A stretch of 64,000 nt of DNA, from assembly GCA_963740355.1 (NCBI GenBank), contig CAVUDW010000002.1, positions 1,984,001-2,048,000 on the forward strand. Reading direction: 5' to 3'. A model generated the notes under the pieces. The model saw only the letters and a list, made by a program, of their open reading frames with translations. It had not been told where the DNA came from and searched no databases. Below, piece by piece: positions 42,770-51,914 of the stretch. Made by a program: the position numbers and the translations under genes. Source of the DNA: an uncultured Gemmatimonadaceae bacterium (GTDB lineage: Bacteria > Gemmatimonadota > Gemmatimonadetes > Gemmatimonadales > Gemmatimonadaceae). The number at the start of each line of letters is the position of its first letter. Within the stretch, counting starts at the first letter, position 1.

Positions 42770-43192
42770 ATGAGTCGCGAGCCTGATGAAATCACTGCGA
42801 TCATCATCGAAGAGGCGATCGAGCTGCATCGCCGACTTGGCCCGGGTTTGATGGAGTCGGTCTACGAGGCAGTACTGGCTAAAATGCTGCGCAAGCGGGG
42901 ACTGGAGGTGGTCCGACAGGCGCTGGTCCGGATCGAGATCGATGGCGAGATCTTCGACGAAGGTTTCCGTGCGGATCTGATCGTCGTCGATTGTGTGATC
43001 GTGGAACTCAAGTCGATCGAGCGGTTGCTCGCAGATCACAAGAAGCAGCTGCTGACGTACTTGCGGCTGGCGCACATGCCGGTCGGCCTGCTGCTCAATT
43101 TTGGCGCGCCCACAATGAAGGCCGGTTTGCGGAGGGTGGTGAACAACTACCAGCCGTCGGCCGACAGCCGACTTCGTGTGAATCAAGGCTAG
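42770..43192 (+). CDS. GxxExxY protein (PD-(D/E)XK nuclease superfamily)
   Basis: LGPGLMESVY, RADL..VELK, QLLTY and GLLLNF motifs; 140 aa; GAGGA RBS. Confidence 0.93.
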   Translation: MSREPDEITAIIIEEAIELHRRLGPGLMESVYEAVLAKMLRKRGLEVVRQALVRIEIDGEIFDEGFRADLIVVDCVIVELKSIERLLADHKKQLLTYLRLAHMPVGLLLNFGAPTMKAGLRRVVNNYQPSADSRLRVNQG

Positions 43193-43234
43193 GACGGCGT
43201 GCCTAGGTAACCGTCGCGTGATAGCTTTTCGCAC

Positions 43235-44251
43235 ATGCCGACTCTACTGCTGACCGACAAGGACGTGGCCGAGCTGTTGCCGATGCGGGAGTGCATCGAG
43301 GTGATGGCGGGGGCGCTGCGACGGGTGACGGAGGGGGAGGCGGTGTTGCCGCTGCGGACCGTGCTGCGCCTGGCGGGGACCACGAATGCGTTTGCATCGA
43401 TGCCTGCGATCGTTGGCAGCGGGACCGACGCATCGATCGGGGCGAAGGTCATCACCGTGTTCCCCGGGAATGACGCCACGCCATACGATTCGCACATCGG
43501 CGTCGTGTTGCTGTTCGACGCGCAGTTCGGAACGCTGCTCGCGATTGCAGACGCGTCGAGCATCACCGCCATTCGCACATCGGCAGTGTCCGGCCTTGCC
43601 ACACGCCACCTCGCGCGCGAGGACGCCAGCACCCTGGCCATACTCGGCGCCGGCGTGCTCGCGTTGCCGCACATAGAAGCCGTGTGTGCCGTCCGCCCAA
43701 TCCAGACGATCCGGATCTGGAGCCGATCGGGTGGTGGGGCGGGGAGTCGTGCTTCCGTGCTGGCCGAGCGAGTGCGGGACGCCTTCGAGAGTGACGTGGT
43801 CGTGTCGACGAGTGTGGAAGATGCCGTGCGTGACGCCCATGTCGTCTGCACCATCACCTCCTCGCGCGCACCCGTGCTGGAAGGGCGCTGGCTGTTGCCG
43901 GGAACGCATGTCAATGCCGTGGGTGCGTCGATGAAGGATGCGCGTGAACTCGATACGCAGGCCATTCAGATGTCGCGACTCTTCGCCGATCGGCGTGAAT
44001 CGGTGCTCAATGAGTCTGGCGACTTTCTCATTCCACAGAGTGAAGGCGCCATCAGCGCAGATCACCTGCTGGGAGAGCTTGGAGAACTCGTCACGGGTCG
44101 GCTCGCCGGGCGCACATCGGCCGATCAGGTCACGGTTTTCAAGTCGCTCGGGCTGGCGGTCGAAGACGTTGCGGCGTTGCGGCACATCCATGCCGCCGCC
44201 ATTGCGACGGGCCGCGGCACCATGATCGACCTCGGTGGACATCGCCATTGA
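43235..44251 (+). CDS. Ornithine cyclodeaminase/mu-crystallin family protein
   Basis: ITAIRTSAVS, ILGAG and FKSLGLAVED motifs. Confidence 0.9.
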   Translation: MPTLLLTDKDVAELLPMRECIEVMAGALRRVTEGEAVLPLRTVLRLAGTTNAFASMPAIVGSGTDASIGAKVITVFPGNDATPYDSHIGVVLLFDAQFGTLLAIADASSITAIRTSAVSGLATRHLAREDASTLAILGAGVLALPHIEAVCAVRPIQTIRIWSRSGGGAGSRASVLAERVRDAFESDVVVSTSVEDAVRDAHVVCTITSSRAPVLEGRWLLPGTHVNAVGASMKDARELDTQAIQMSRLFADRRESVLNESGDFLIPQSEGAISADHLLGELGELVTGRLAGRTSADQVTVFKSLGLAVEDVAALRHIHAAAIATGRGTMIDLGGHRH

Positions 44252-44291
44252 AGTGAGCGTCGCGCGGTCGCGTGCCGATCAACCGCGAGGG

Positions 44292-45290
44292 TTACCGCGG
44301 TGCGCGCCTTGACGCCAACGTTGCAAGCGCACGCGACGAGATCAGGAACGAAAAGCCGTCGAATGGGAACGTCACCGCCCCTTGCGAGGCCTCGCTCCCC
44401 TTTGCGCGTCCAGAGAGTATCTCGTGGAAGGCGCGCTGGGCACGCAGCAGGACTGCCGGATCAACGACGGCGACGTTGTGTGCCGGCAGGACTCGCTTGA
44501 CCTGCGGGAGCAGGGCTGCCAAGCGGTCGATCGAGCGCCCGTAGTCTGCAAGGTTCGTCTCCTGCATGAAGAGCCAGATCGGCCCGGCGTAGAACGTGTC
44601 GCCCGTCCAGAGCAATCCTGCCTGTCGGTCCAGCAGGGCAAGCGCGTCGGGCGTGTGGCCAGGCACACTCACCACCTCGATCGTGCGACCGCCCAGGGCA
44701 AACCGCTCCCCATCTTTCACCGGTGCACTCGACTGCCACGGGTGCAGTCGGAACGCCGCTGTGTCGAGTCCCGGCACAACGTTGCCACAGAGGGCTGTCG
44801 TCGTGACCTCGCTGGCGAGGTCGGTATGTGTCTTGCCGCGTTTGTTGCGTTCGGTATAAGGGCCACGCATCGCGCGCACATCGCTGAACTCGAAGTTGCC
44901 GCCGCTATGATCGAAGTGCGTGTGCGAATTGATGACGGTGACGGGCAGCGTGGTCAGCCGGCTCACGATCGGCCTGATCGGTCGCATCCCCAGACCCGTG
45001 TCGAACAGGAGCGCGCGGTCGCGGCCAACGATCAGCCAGGAGATGACTTCCTGGAATTGTCGAGCCTCGACCAGCGCGAAGACTCCAGGTTCCACCGCGC
45101 GCACGTCGAACCAGCCATCGCTGGCGGGAACGGTCGGATACCGGCTGTTTGCGGCCGTATGCGCGGCGTCGCAGACCGCCATGGGCCGCAGCTGCGCCTG
45201 GAGGTTGCTGCACAGCAGAAGTGCCGCGGCAACGGTTGACCAGCGGGCGGCGCCGCCCGCGTCAGCGCGGATCTTCCGGGTGTCTGGCAT
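44292..45290 (-). CDS. MBL-fold metallo-hydrolase, secreted
   Basis: HTHFDH, PGHT, TGD and PAHN motifs. Confidence 0.85.
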   Translation of the reverse strand: MPDTRKIRADAGGAARWSTVAAALLLCSNLQAQLRPMAVCDAAHTAANSRYPTVPASDGWFDVRAVEPGVFALVEARQFQEVISWLIVGRDRALLFDTGLGMRPIRPIVSRLTTLPVTVINSHTHFDHSGGNFEFSDVRAMRGPYTERNKRGKTHTDLASEVTTTALCGNVVPGLDTAAFRLHPWQSSAPVKDGERFALGGRTIEVVSVPGHTPDALALLDRQAGLLWTGDTFYAGPIWLFMQETNLADYGRSIDRLAALLPQVKRVLPAHNVAVVDPAVLLRAQRAFHEILSGRAKGSEASQGAVTFPFDGFSFLISSRALATLASRRAPR

Positions 45291-45624
45291 CAGGTAGCGT
45301 AACGTCGAACTCGCTGGAGGCGCCACCGTCGGCTGAGCCTGTGAAGCTGCCGCGGCGCCGGTTGGCTTGGGAGATGTGCTAAATTTGGCGATCGCCGTGG
45401 CTGCGACCGCCACGTGACGAGAGCCTGAGGGCGCCGCGGAGCTGACGGCGCAGTCGAGGCCGCCGTGTCATCGACGCGGGAGCAGCGCGGATATTCCCCG
45501 GACCGGCACGATCGCAACATCGATCGTCGTGCCGATCGTCCCGCCGGTCATCGCCGCATGGAGCGCCTCCGCGCTCCGGATACACGTATCGCTCGACACA
45601 CCCGACCACACGCCCCAAGGATCA

Positions 45625-46677
45625 ATGTTCGATTCCGTTACTTCCGATGTGCGATTTCGCGCGCTTCTCAGCGCGGCTGCCGTCGTCGTCATCGTTGGTG
45701 GGTTGCGCTCGGCGGCGGGCGTGCTCGATCCGCTGTTGATGGCGGGCGTCGTGGTGGCATGTGCGGCGCCATTGCAGGAGCAGCTGCGCCGGCGCGGTAT
45801 TCCGCGCGGGTGGGCGATGGCCGTGACCTCGATCGCCGTCGTAATCGCGCTGCTCGCATTCGTCGTCCTGATCGGGTACGCAGGCAAGGCGCTCGTCGAT
45901 ACCGTGCCGCGGTATCAGGAACGGCTGAATGCGCTCGTGGCGTCCGGGGCAGCCTGGCTCGACGGTCATGGCGTCGACGCCTCGAAGTCGAAGCTGCTGG
46001 AAATGGTAAACCCAGCGCGCATCATCGCCCTCGCCTCTGACCTTGCGCAGGGACTGGGCGGCGCCATGAGTGAGGCGCTGCTGATCGTGATGCTGTCGAT
46101 CTTCCTGCTCATCGAGTCCAGTGCATTCTGGCGCAAGCGCGGCAAGCGGAAGGGAATTCCTGCCGCTGAATCGACTTGGCAACATCGCTTCGAGCTGATC
46201 GCGACCGACGTGCAGCAGTATGTCTCGATCACGATGCTGACGGGATTCATCTATGCAGTCGCCGTCTGGATCGTGATGATGCTCCTCGGAACGGACCTCC
46301 CGGTGCTGTGGGCCATCGTGGCGCTGGTCTTGAGCTTCGTGCCTGGCGTCGGGTTCGTGCTCTCGATGATTCCACCCGCCGCACTCACGCTGCTCGAGTT
46401 CGGGATCCCACGGACCGCGGTGCTGGTGGCCTCGTTCGTGGTGCTGAACAGTGTGGTGGACAACGTGATCAAGCCACGGTTCATGAAGCAGGGGTTCGAT
46501 CTTGGGCCCTTCGTCATGTTCGCGTCGGTGCTGTTCTGGGCCTACGTCCTTGGACCTGTTGGTGGACTACTCGCCATCCCGCTCACCACGACCGTCCGGC
46601 GACTGGTGTTGACGCCGGCCGAAGTCGAGGCTGAGCACGATGTGCAAGATGCGGAACTGGCCGAGGTGCCAGCATGA
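45625..46677 (+). CDS. AI-2E family membrane protein
   Basis: Multi-TM; FVPGVG, DNVIKPR and GPVGGLLAIP motifs; AAGGA RBS. Confidence 0.87.
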   Translation: MFDSVTSDVRFRALLSAAAVVVIVGGLRSAAGVLDPLLMAGVVVACAAPLQEQLRRRGIPRGWAMAVTSIAVVIALLAFVVLIGYAGKALVDTVPRYQERLNALVASGAAWLDGHGVDASKSKLLEMVNPARIIALASDLAQGLGGAMSEALLIVMLSIFLLIESSAFWRKRGKRKGIPAAESTWQHRFELIATDVQQYVSITMLTGFIYAVAVWIVMMLLGTDLPVLWAIVALVLSFVPGVGFVLSMIPPAALTLLEFGIPRTAVLVASFVVLNSVVDNVIKPRFMKQGFDLGPFVMFASVLFWAYVLGPVGGLLAIPLTTTVRRLVLTPAEVEAEHDVQDAELAEVPA

Positions 46678-47555
46678 AGCACCTGCGAAGCCTGGTGCGA
46701 CTGATGGCGATCGCCGTGGCGATGTCGGCCTGCGGTCGATCTGATCCAGTTGCGCGGGAGCGTGTCGTCGAACGCGACCAACTGCGCCGCGAGGTGGCAG
46801 GGTACCGGTCGCTGACGAAGATGGCGCCCGGAAAGATCATGGATCGGGAGCATGAAGTGCTGGTGAGTGTGAGCGATACGCTGCTGCGCTCCCTGATCAG
46901 TGCGGCGCTTCCGATCACGGTCGATATCCAGAACAAGCTGACGGTGACCTTCACCAGCGCCGATGTGTTGTTTCGCGCCAACGTCGCACGCGTGAACATT
47001 GCCGGAACGGTCAGGCGTTCGACCTACCCACATGTCTCGGCGGCGGTGCTGCTCCGTGGCGCGCTGGACAGCTTCGTGGTGGACAAGAAGCATGCATTGC
47101 GGGCCCGCATCAACATCGACGACGTGTCGCTGGACACACCAGCCGGCGCACCGGCAGCGCTCGATCCATTGGTCATCAACGTGCTGCAGACGATCATCGA
47201 ACGAAGCCTGCCGGAATTGACCGAGAGCTTGCCGTCGATCGCAATTCCGGTGCGGCTCGACGAGGCCATGAAGCTCCCGGGCTTCGGGCCGGAGGGCGCG
47301 CTCACGGTGCAGCCCAGCACCGCACCGATGACCGTCACCGCCTCACGCATCATCGCGTTTCGCAACCGGCTCTGGATCATCCTCAAGGTCGAACTCGGCG
47401 AGTTCGTGAGTGGCGTCACCGCCGCCGCGCCAGGCGTGACGCCGAGCGCGAAGTCTGACACGACCACACCCGGTTTGCAGAAAGTACTGCCGAAGGTGAT
47501 ACCGAAGGTCGTGCCGAAAGTCACGGCCAAGGTGACACAGGGGGCCACACCGTGA
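46674..47555 (+). CDS. Hypothetical lipoprotein
   Basis: Lipobox MSAC; ATGA overlap with the upstream gene. Confidence 0.7.
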   Translation: MKHLRSLVRLMAIAVAMSACGRSDPVARERVVERDQLRREVAGYRSLTKMAPGKIMDREHEVLVSVSDTLLRSLISAALPITVDIQNKLTVTFTSADVLFRANVARVNIAGTVRRSTYPHVSAAVLLRGALDSFVVDKKHALRARINIDDVSLDTPAGAPAALDPLVINVLQTIIERSLPELTESLPSIAIPVRLDEAMKLPGFGPEGALTVQPSTAPMTVTASRIIAFRNRLWIILKVELGEFVSGVTAAAPGVTPSAKSDTTTPGLQKVLPKVIPKVVPKVTAKVTQGATP

Positions 47556-48796
47556 AGCGATGGATTCTGTGGACGCTTGGCGTGCTCATCCTGGTTCCGA
47601 CGCTGGTGTTCACCTTCTTTGCGCTGCTGTATCGCACAAAGGCCGAGCGCGAGGATCCAGCGAAAGTCCGTCAGGAGATCGCATCGTTGACGAAGGTGCG
47701 CGACTCGCTTCGCATCCTCGTGAATGACGCCGCATCGACCAGTGACCTGCTGGACAAGCAGCCGCCAGGCGACATCGTGATCGGGCTGCCGACGCCCTTC
47801 GTCGATGCGGTGGTGCGCAGCGTGGTGCTGGGCTGGTTCCACGACGTGGACCTGCACCTGCCGCCGATGAAGGTGCACAAGATGGGGGAGGTGAAGGCGA
47901 AACTCGGCCTCTTTGGACGGCGCACCGTCGGTGCCTACTCGATCGACGTCACACTGCTGGACGTCCATGGCCGACTGCAGCCTGGCTTGCCGGAGCTGTC
48001 ATTCGGTGGTGACGTGATCAAGATCGGCATTCCGGTACGAGTGGCGGGCGGCACCGGTATCGCGCGTATTACGGCCGACTGGCAGTCGAAGGGTTTCGCA
48101 GGCCCAGTGTGCGGCAACATGAGCACCACAGGGGATGTGACCGGTCAGGTGCGCGCACGCACTTACACTGCCTCGGGCCGGCTGGTGCTGAGTGCAGAAG
48201 AGGGAACCGTGCTGGTGGACCCGTCCTTTCCGGACCTCGCGATCCGGTTATTCGTCGACCCCTCTGCGGGATCGGTGTCGGCACTCGACTCGCTGCTCGC
48301 CACCCGTGGTGGACTGTGCGGCTATGCGATCGAGAAGTCGCGTGCCAGCGAGCGGATTCAGGAGCTGGTCGGACGGGGCTTCAAGGTGAAGATCCCACAG
48401 CGATTCTTCCGTGCGATTCACCTGCCGGTGGCGGTGGAGACCTCCGTGCCGGTGCAGGATCGCGAGGTGGGGCTCGAGGTCCGACCGAGTGGACTCGCGG
48501 TGACGCCGTCGACGGTATGGATTGCGGCGAATGTGTCGACGACGGCTGCGGCGAAGCCGGTCGCGCCTGCGGCGAAGGTACCCGAGGTCAGTCGCACCAG
48601 GGAACCGGCAACAGCCAGCGACTCCGTTCGGAAGCCAGTTCGCAAGCCGGTTCGCAAACCGGCTCGTAGTTCGACGCGTGATTCGACACGCGACACTTCG
48701 CGCGCAAAGGTGAAGCGCGATTCGACACGCGACACGTCGCGCACAAAAGTGGCCCGCGATTCGACACGCGATACTTCGCGTGCAAAGGTGCCGTGA
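47552..48796 (+). CDS. Hypothetical membrane-anchored protein with repetitive C-terminal tail
   Basis: N-terminal TM and coiled coil; GTGA overlap; VRKP x3 and RDSTRDTSR x3. Confidence 0.7.
   Translation: MKRWILWTLGVLILVPTLVFTFFALLYRTKAEREDPAKVRQEIASLTKVRDSLRILVNDAASTSDLLDKQPPGDIVIGLPTPFVDAVVRSVVLGWFHDVDLHLPPMKVHKMGEVKAKLGLFGRRTVGAYSIDVTLLDVHGRLQPGLPELSFGGDVIKIGIPVRVAGGTGIARITADWQSKGFAGPVCGNMSTTGDVTGQVRARTYTASGRLVLSAEEGTVLVDPSFPDLAIRLFVDPSAGSVSALDSLLATRGGLCGYAIEKSRASERIQELVGRGFKVKIPQRFFRAIHLPVAVETSVPVQDREVGLEVRPSGLAVTPSTVWIAANVSTTAAAKPVAPAAKVPEVSRTREPATASDSVRKPVRKPVRKPARSSTRDSTRDTSRAKVKRDSTRDTSRTKVARDSTRDTSRAKVP
48677..48790 (+). repeat. Intragenic 39-bp tandem repeat x3
   Basis: GATTCGACACGCGA at 48680, 48719 and 48758. 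Confidence 0.85.
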
Positions 48797-49080
48797 CCAT
48801 GCCGTGATGGTGCTGTTCGGGTACCGACAATGCATTCGCATTTCATCGTATGCTGCACGAAGAGCCTGTAAGGAATCCCCTTACGGGCTATGTGATTGCG
48901 CGATCGTATTCGCTGATGACACTTGCCGAGATTCACGTCATTCGATCAACAGGTCTCTTGACGAGAACTGGTCCGGACTGCTACACATGAGCGCGTGCAC
49001 CCTGCCGGCGTCGGCAGCCTGCACGCGCCACCGCATGAGCGTGTGAGGTCTGCGACGCTCATTTCGCGAGGACTGCCGTC

Positions 49081-49899
49081 ATGGGCGATCGCTTGCACGA
49101 CCTGCTCGATAGTGCGTTGTCAGCGCCCGTCATCGGACAGGTGCGCACACGACGTTTCGACCGGTTCTTTCGCACGGGTCTCGTGCCTGGACTCTGTCGT
49201 GGTGTGTACGACACGTACATCCAGGCTGCCGCCGCGGCCCCGCAGACACTCCCGCTTGGCTACGACCACGAGTCGGCGGGCGATCTGTATCCCGAGCGGC
49301 TCGATCATGTGTATCCGGGCGACTACCCGATGATGGTCTGGCTGACGAAGGCCTTCGCTGGTGGCGTGACGCGAGTCTTCGATCTCGGCGGCCACGTCGG
49401 GATCAGCTACTACGCGTACCAGCCGTACATCCAGTATCCGGAGGGGCTCCGCTGGGAGCTGCACGACGTGCCCGCCGTCGCTGCCAAGGGGCGCGAAATC
49501 GCTGCGCTCCGGGATCATCGGAAGGCACTCACCTTCGTCGATGATTTCAACTATGCAGCCGACGCACAACTGCTCTTCACGTCAGGGTGCCTGCAATACC
49601 TCGAGGAAACGCTGCCGATGAAACTGTCTCGGTTGCGCATGCGGCCGGAGTGGGTGCTGATCAACCTGATCCCGATGCATGCGCAGCATGATTTCTGGAC
49701 GGTGCAGAGCATCCAGAATGCCTTCTGCCCATACCACATCCAGCACGACGCGACATTCTTCCGTGGAATGGAAGACCTGGGCTACGACACCCTTGATCGT
49801 TGGGTGAACGCCGAGAAGCGCTGCGAGGTGAAGTTCCGGCCAGAGCACAGCGTGGAGGGGTACGTCGGAGCGGCCTTCAAGCTTCGCTCCCGCAGTTGA
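49081..49899 (+). CDS. Putative methyltransferase, TIGR04325/LIC12133-like
   Basis: VFDLGGHVGISYY and SGCLQYL motifs. Confidence 0.75.
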   Translation: MGDRLHDLLDSALSAPVIGQVRTRRFDRFFRTGLVPGLCRGVYDTYIQAAAAAPQTLPLGYDHESAGDLYPERLDHVYPGDYPMMVWLTKAFAGGVTRVFDLGGHVGISYYAYQPYIQYPEGLRWELHDVPAVAAKGREIAALRDHRKALTFVDDFNYAADAQLLFTSGCLQYLEETLPMKLSRLRMRPEWVLINLIPMHAQHDFWTVQSIQNAFCPYHIQHDATFFRGMEDLGYDTLDRWVNAEKRCEVKFRPEHSVEGYVGAAFKLRSRS

Positions 49900-49973
49900 T
49901 CAGCCGCGCCCCTGACCCACTGGCTCGCTCAGGCGCGCGCCGCTGCGCGTCGGGCGAGGCCCGCCGACACCGA

Positions 49974-51914
49974 TCAGGACCACGCGACGTTGGCGTCGGC
50001 CAGCGCCTTCAACGCCGCATCAGTCTCGGGATTGCGGAGCGACTCGGCGTCGTGGTCGGCGATGAACATCAGCACGTCGTTGATCGCCATCGGTCGGCTG
50101 AACAGGAAGCCTTGGCCGACGTTGCAGCCAAGCGCGGTCAGGACCGCCTGCTGCGCCGTCCGCTCGATACCCTCGGCCACCACGTCGACACCGAGCGAGT
50201 GTGCGAGCGTGATCATCGTCCGAACGAATGACGCCTCGCGATCACCCTCATCCATACGCGCGACGAAGGTTTGATCGATCTTCAGTTCGTCGACAGGAAA
50301 AAATTGCAGGTGCGAGAGGGAGGAGTAGCCGGTGCCGAAGTCGTCGATCGCGATCCGTACGCCGAGCGCGCGAATCGCCTGCAGCGTGGCGTGTGCCGTC
50401 TCGGGCGCACGCATCATCTGGCTCTCGGTGATCTCGAGGATCAGCAGCTTCGCGTCGAGTCCCGATGCGGCGAGGGCATTGCGCACGTCGTCATAGAGAT
50501 GCTCGTACTCGAGCTGCCGCGGCGCGAGGTTGACGGAGACGCTGGGCGTCGAGCCATGGCGATCCGCCCACCCGGCAGCGTACAGGCAGGCTTCGCGCAG
50601 CGCCCACCGACCAATCGGAACGATGATGCCGGTTTCCTCCGCCACCGACAGGAACTCCGCCGGTGCCACGAGGCCACGCCGCGGGTGGCGCCAGCGCAGG
50701 AGGGCCTCGAAACCTCGAAGCGCCCCGGTCTGCAAGTTCATCAGTGGCTGGAACTGGAGCTCGAACTCGTGATGAGCCACTGCGCGTCGCAGGTCCTGCT
50801 CCAGTTCGAGCCATGACAATGCGCGGGCGTGCATGCTGGGATCGAAGACTCGGACGCAGTGCTTCCCTGAATTCTTGGCCGAGTACATGGCAACGTCGGC
50901 ATTGCGCAAGACGGCCTCGCCTTCCTCACCAGGGGTCGCCAGCGCGATGCCGATGCTGACGCTGACCACAACTTCGCGTTCAGCGACGGTCACCGGGCGG
51001 GAGATCACGCGCAGCAGGCGCTCGGCCAGCGACTCGATCTCGTCGTCGTTCTGCACTACCTCGATCACGATCGCAAACTCGTCACCCCCGAGGCGCGCGA
51101 CCGTTTCTCCGCTGCGCACGGTGCTCGAGATGCGCGTTGCAATGACACGCAGGAGCTGATCACCGGCGGCATGACCGAGCGAGTCGTTCACACGCTTGAA
51201 TCCGTCGAGGTCGAGCAGCAGGACGGCCACGCTGTTGCGCGTGCGCACGCGTCGCTCGAGGGCGTGCCGAAGGCGATCATGGAAGAGGGCGCGGTTGGCG
51301 AGGCCCGTCAAGTCGTCCTGGAAGGCGCGGCGCACGAGTTCTTCCTCCATGCGCTTCCGCTCCGTGACATCCTGCAGCATCACCATCAACCGCGATTCGC
51401 CGGCTGCCTGCACCCGCGCGACAGTGAGCTGCCCCCAGATGATCGAGCCATGCTTGTGCTCGAATCGCTGCTCCAGAGTCACTGACTCACGTGAGGCGGT
51501 GAGCAGCTCGCTGCAGGCGGCGATGATGCTGCTGGCGTCGTCGGCGGCGAGGAACCGCGCGATCGATTGGCCCACCATCTCGTCCGGTGCATACCCGAGC
51601 ATGTCTCGACAGGCCGGATTCGCCTGCAGGATCGTGCCGTCGCGGGCGAGCACCTGGATGGCGATTCCTGCATAGTCGAAGAAGGCCTGGAAGCGTGCGC
51701 TGCTTTCGCGCTCGGATCGCTCTGATGCTCGCACCGTCGCGAGTCGCTCCTCCAGCTCGAGCGATAGCTCGTCCATCATTCGACTGGACTGCGCGCGGTC
51801 GCGCTCCATGTCCTCCAACGCACGGCTGGCGGCGTCGAGCACCGACTGCAGCGCGGGTGAAATCTCCGCGCCGCCGAGGTGGCGACGGACAGGACGAGAC
51901 AACGCCGGGTGCAT
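49974..51914 (-). CDS. PAS-GGDEF-EAL c-di-GMP enzyme
   Basis: PAS/PAC (DVTERK), RLGGDEF, EALLRW and DDFGTGYSSL motifs. Confidence 0.93.
   Translation of the reverse strand: MHPALSRPVRRHLGGAEISPALQSVLDAASRALEDMERDRAQSSRMMDELSLELEERLATVRASERSERESSARFQAFFDYAGIAIQVLARDGTILQANPACRDMLGYAPDEMVGQSIARFLAADDASSIIAACSELLTASRESVTLEQRFEHKHGSIIWGQLTVARVQAAGESRLMVMLQDVTERKRMEEELVRRAFQDDLTGLANRALFHDRLRHALERRVRTRNSVAVLLLDLDGFKRVNDSLGHAAGDQLLRVIATRISSTVRSGETVARLGGDEFAIVIEVVQNDDEIESLAERLLRVISRPVTVAEREVVVSVSIGIALATPGEEGEAVLRNADVAMYSAKNSGKHCVRVFDPSMHARALSWLELEQDLRRAVAHHEFELQFQPLMNLQTGALRGFEALLRWRHPRRGLVAPAEFLSVAEETGIIVPIGRWALREACLYAAGWADRHGSTPSVSVNLAPRQLEYEHLYDDVRNALAASGLDAKLLILEITESQMMRAPETAHATLQAIRALGVRIAIDDFGTGYSSLSHLQFFPVDELKIDQTFVARMDEGDREASFVRTMITLAHSLGVDVVAEGIERTAQQAVLTALGCNVGQGFLFSRPMAINDVLMFIADHDAESLRNPETDAALKALADANVAWS

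Noticed and set aside
32400..43200. Integrative element or prophage at tRNA-Met
   Set aside because: No integrase or phage gene, and I did not see a duplicated tRNA 3' end (attR) by eye
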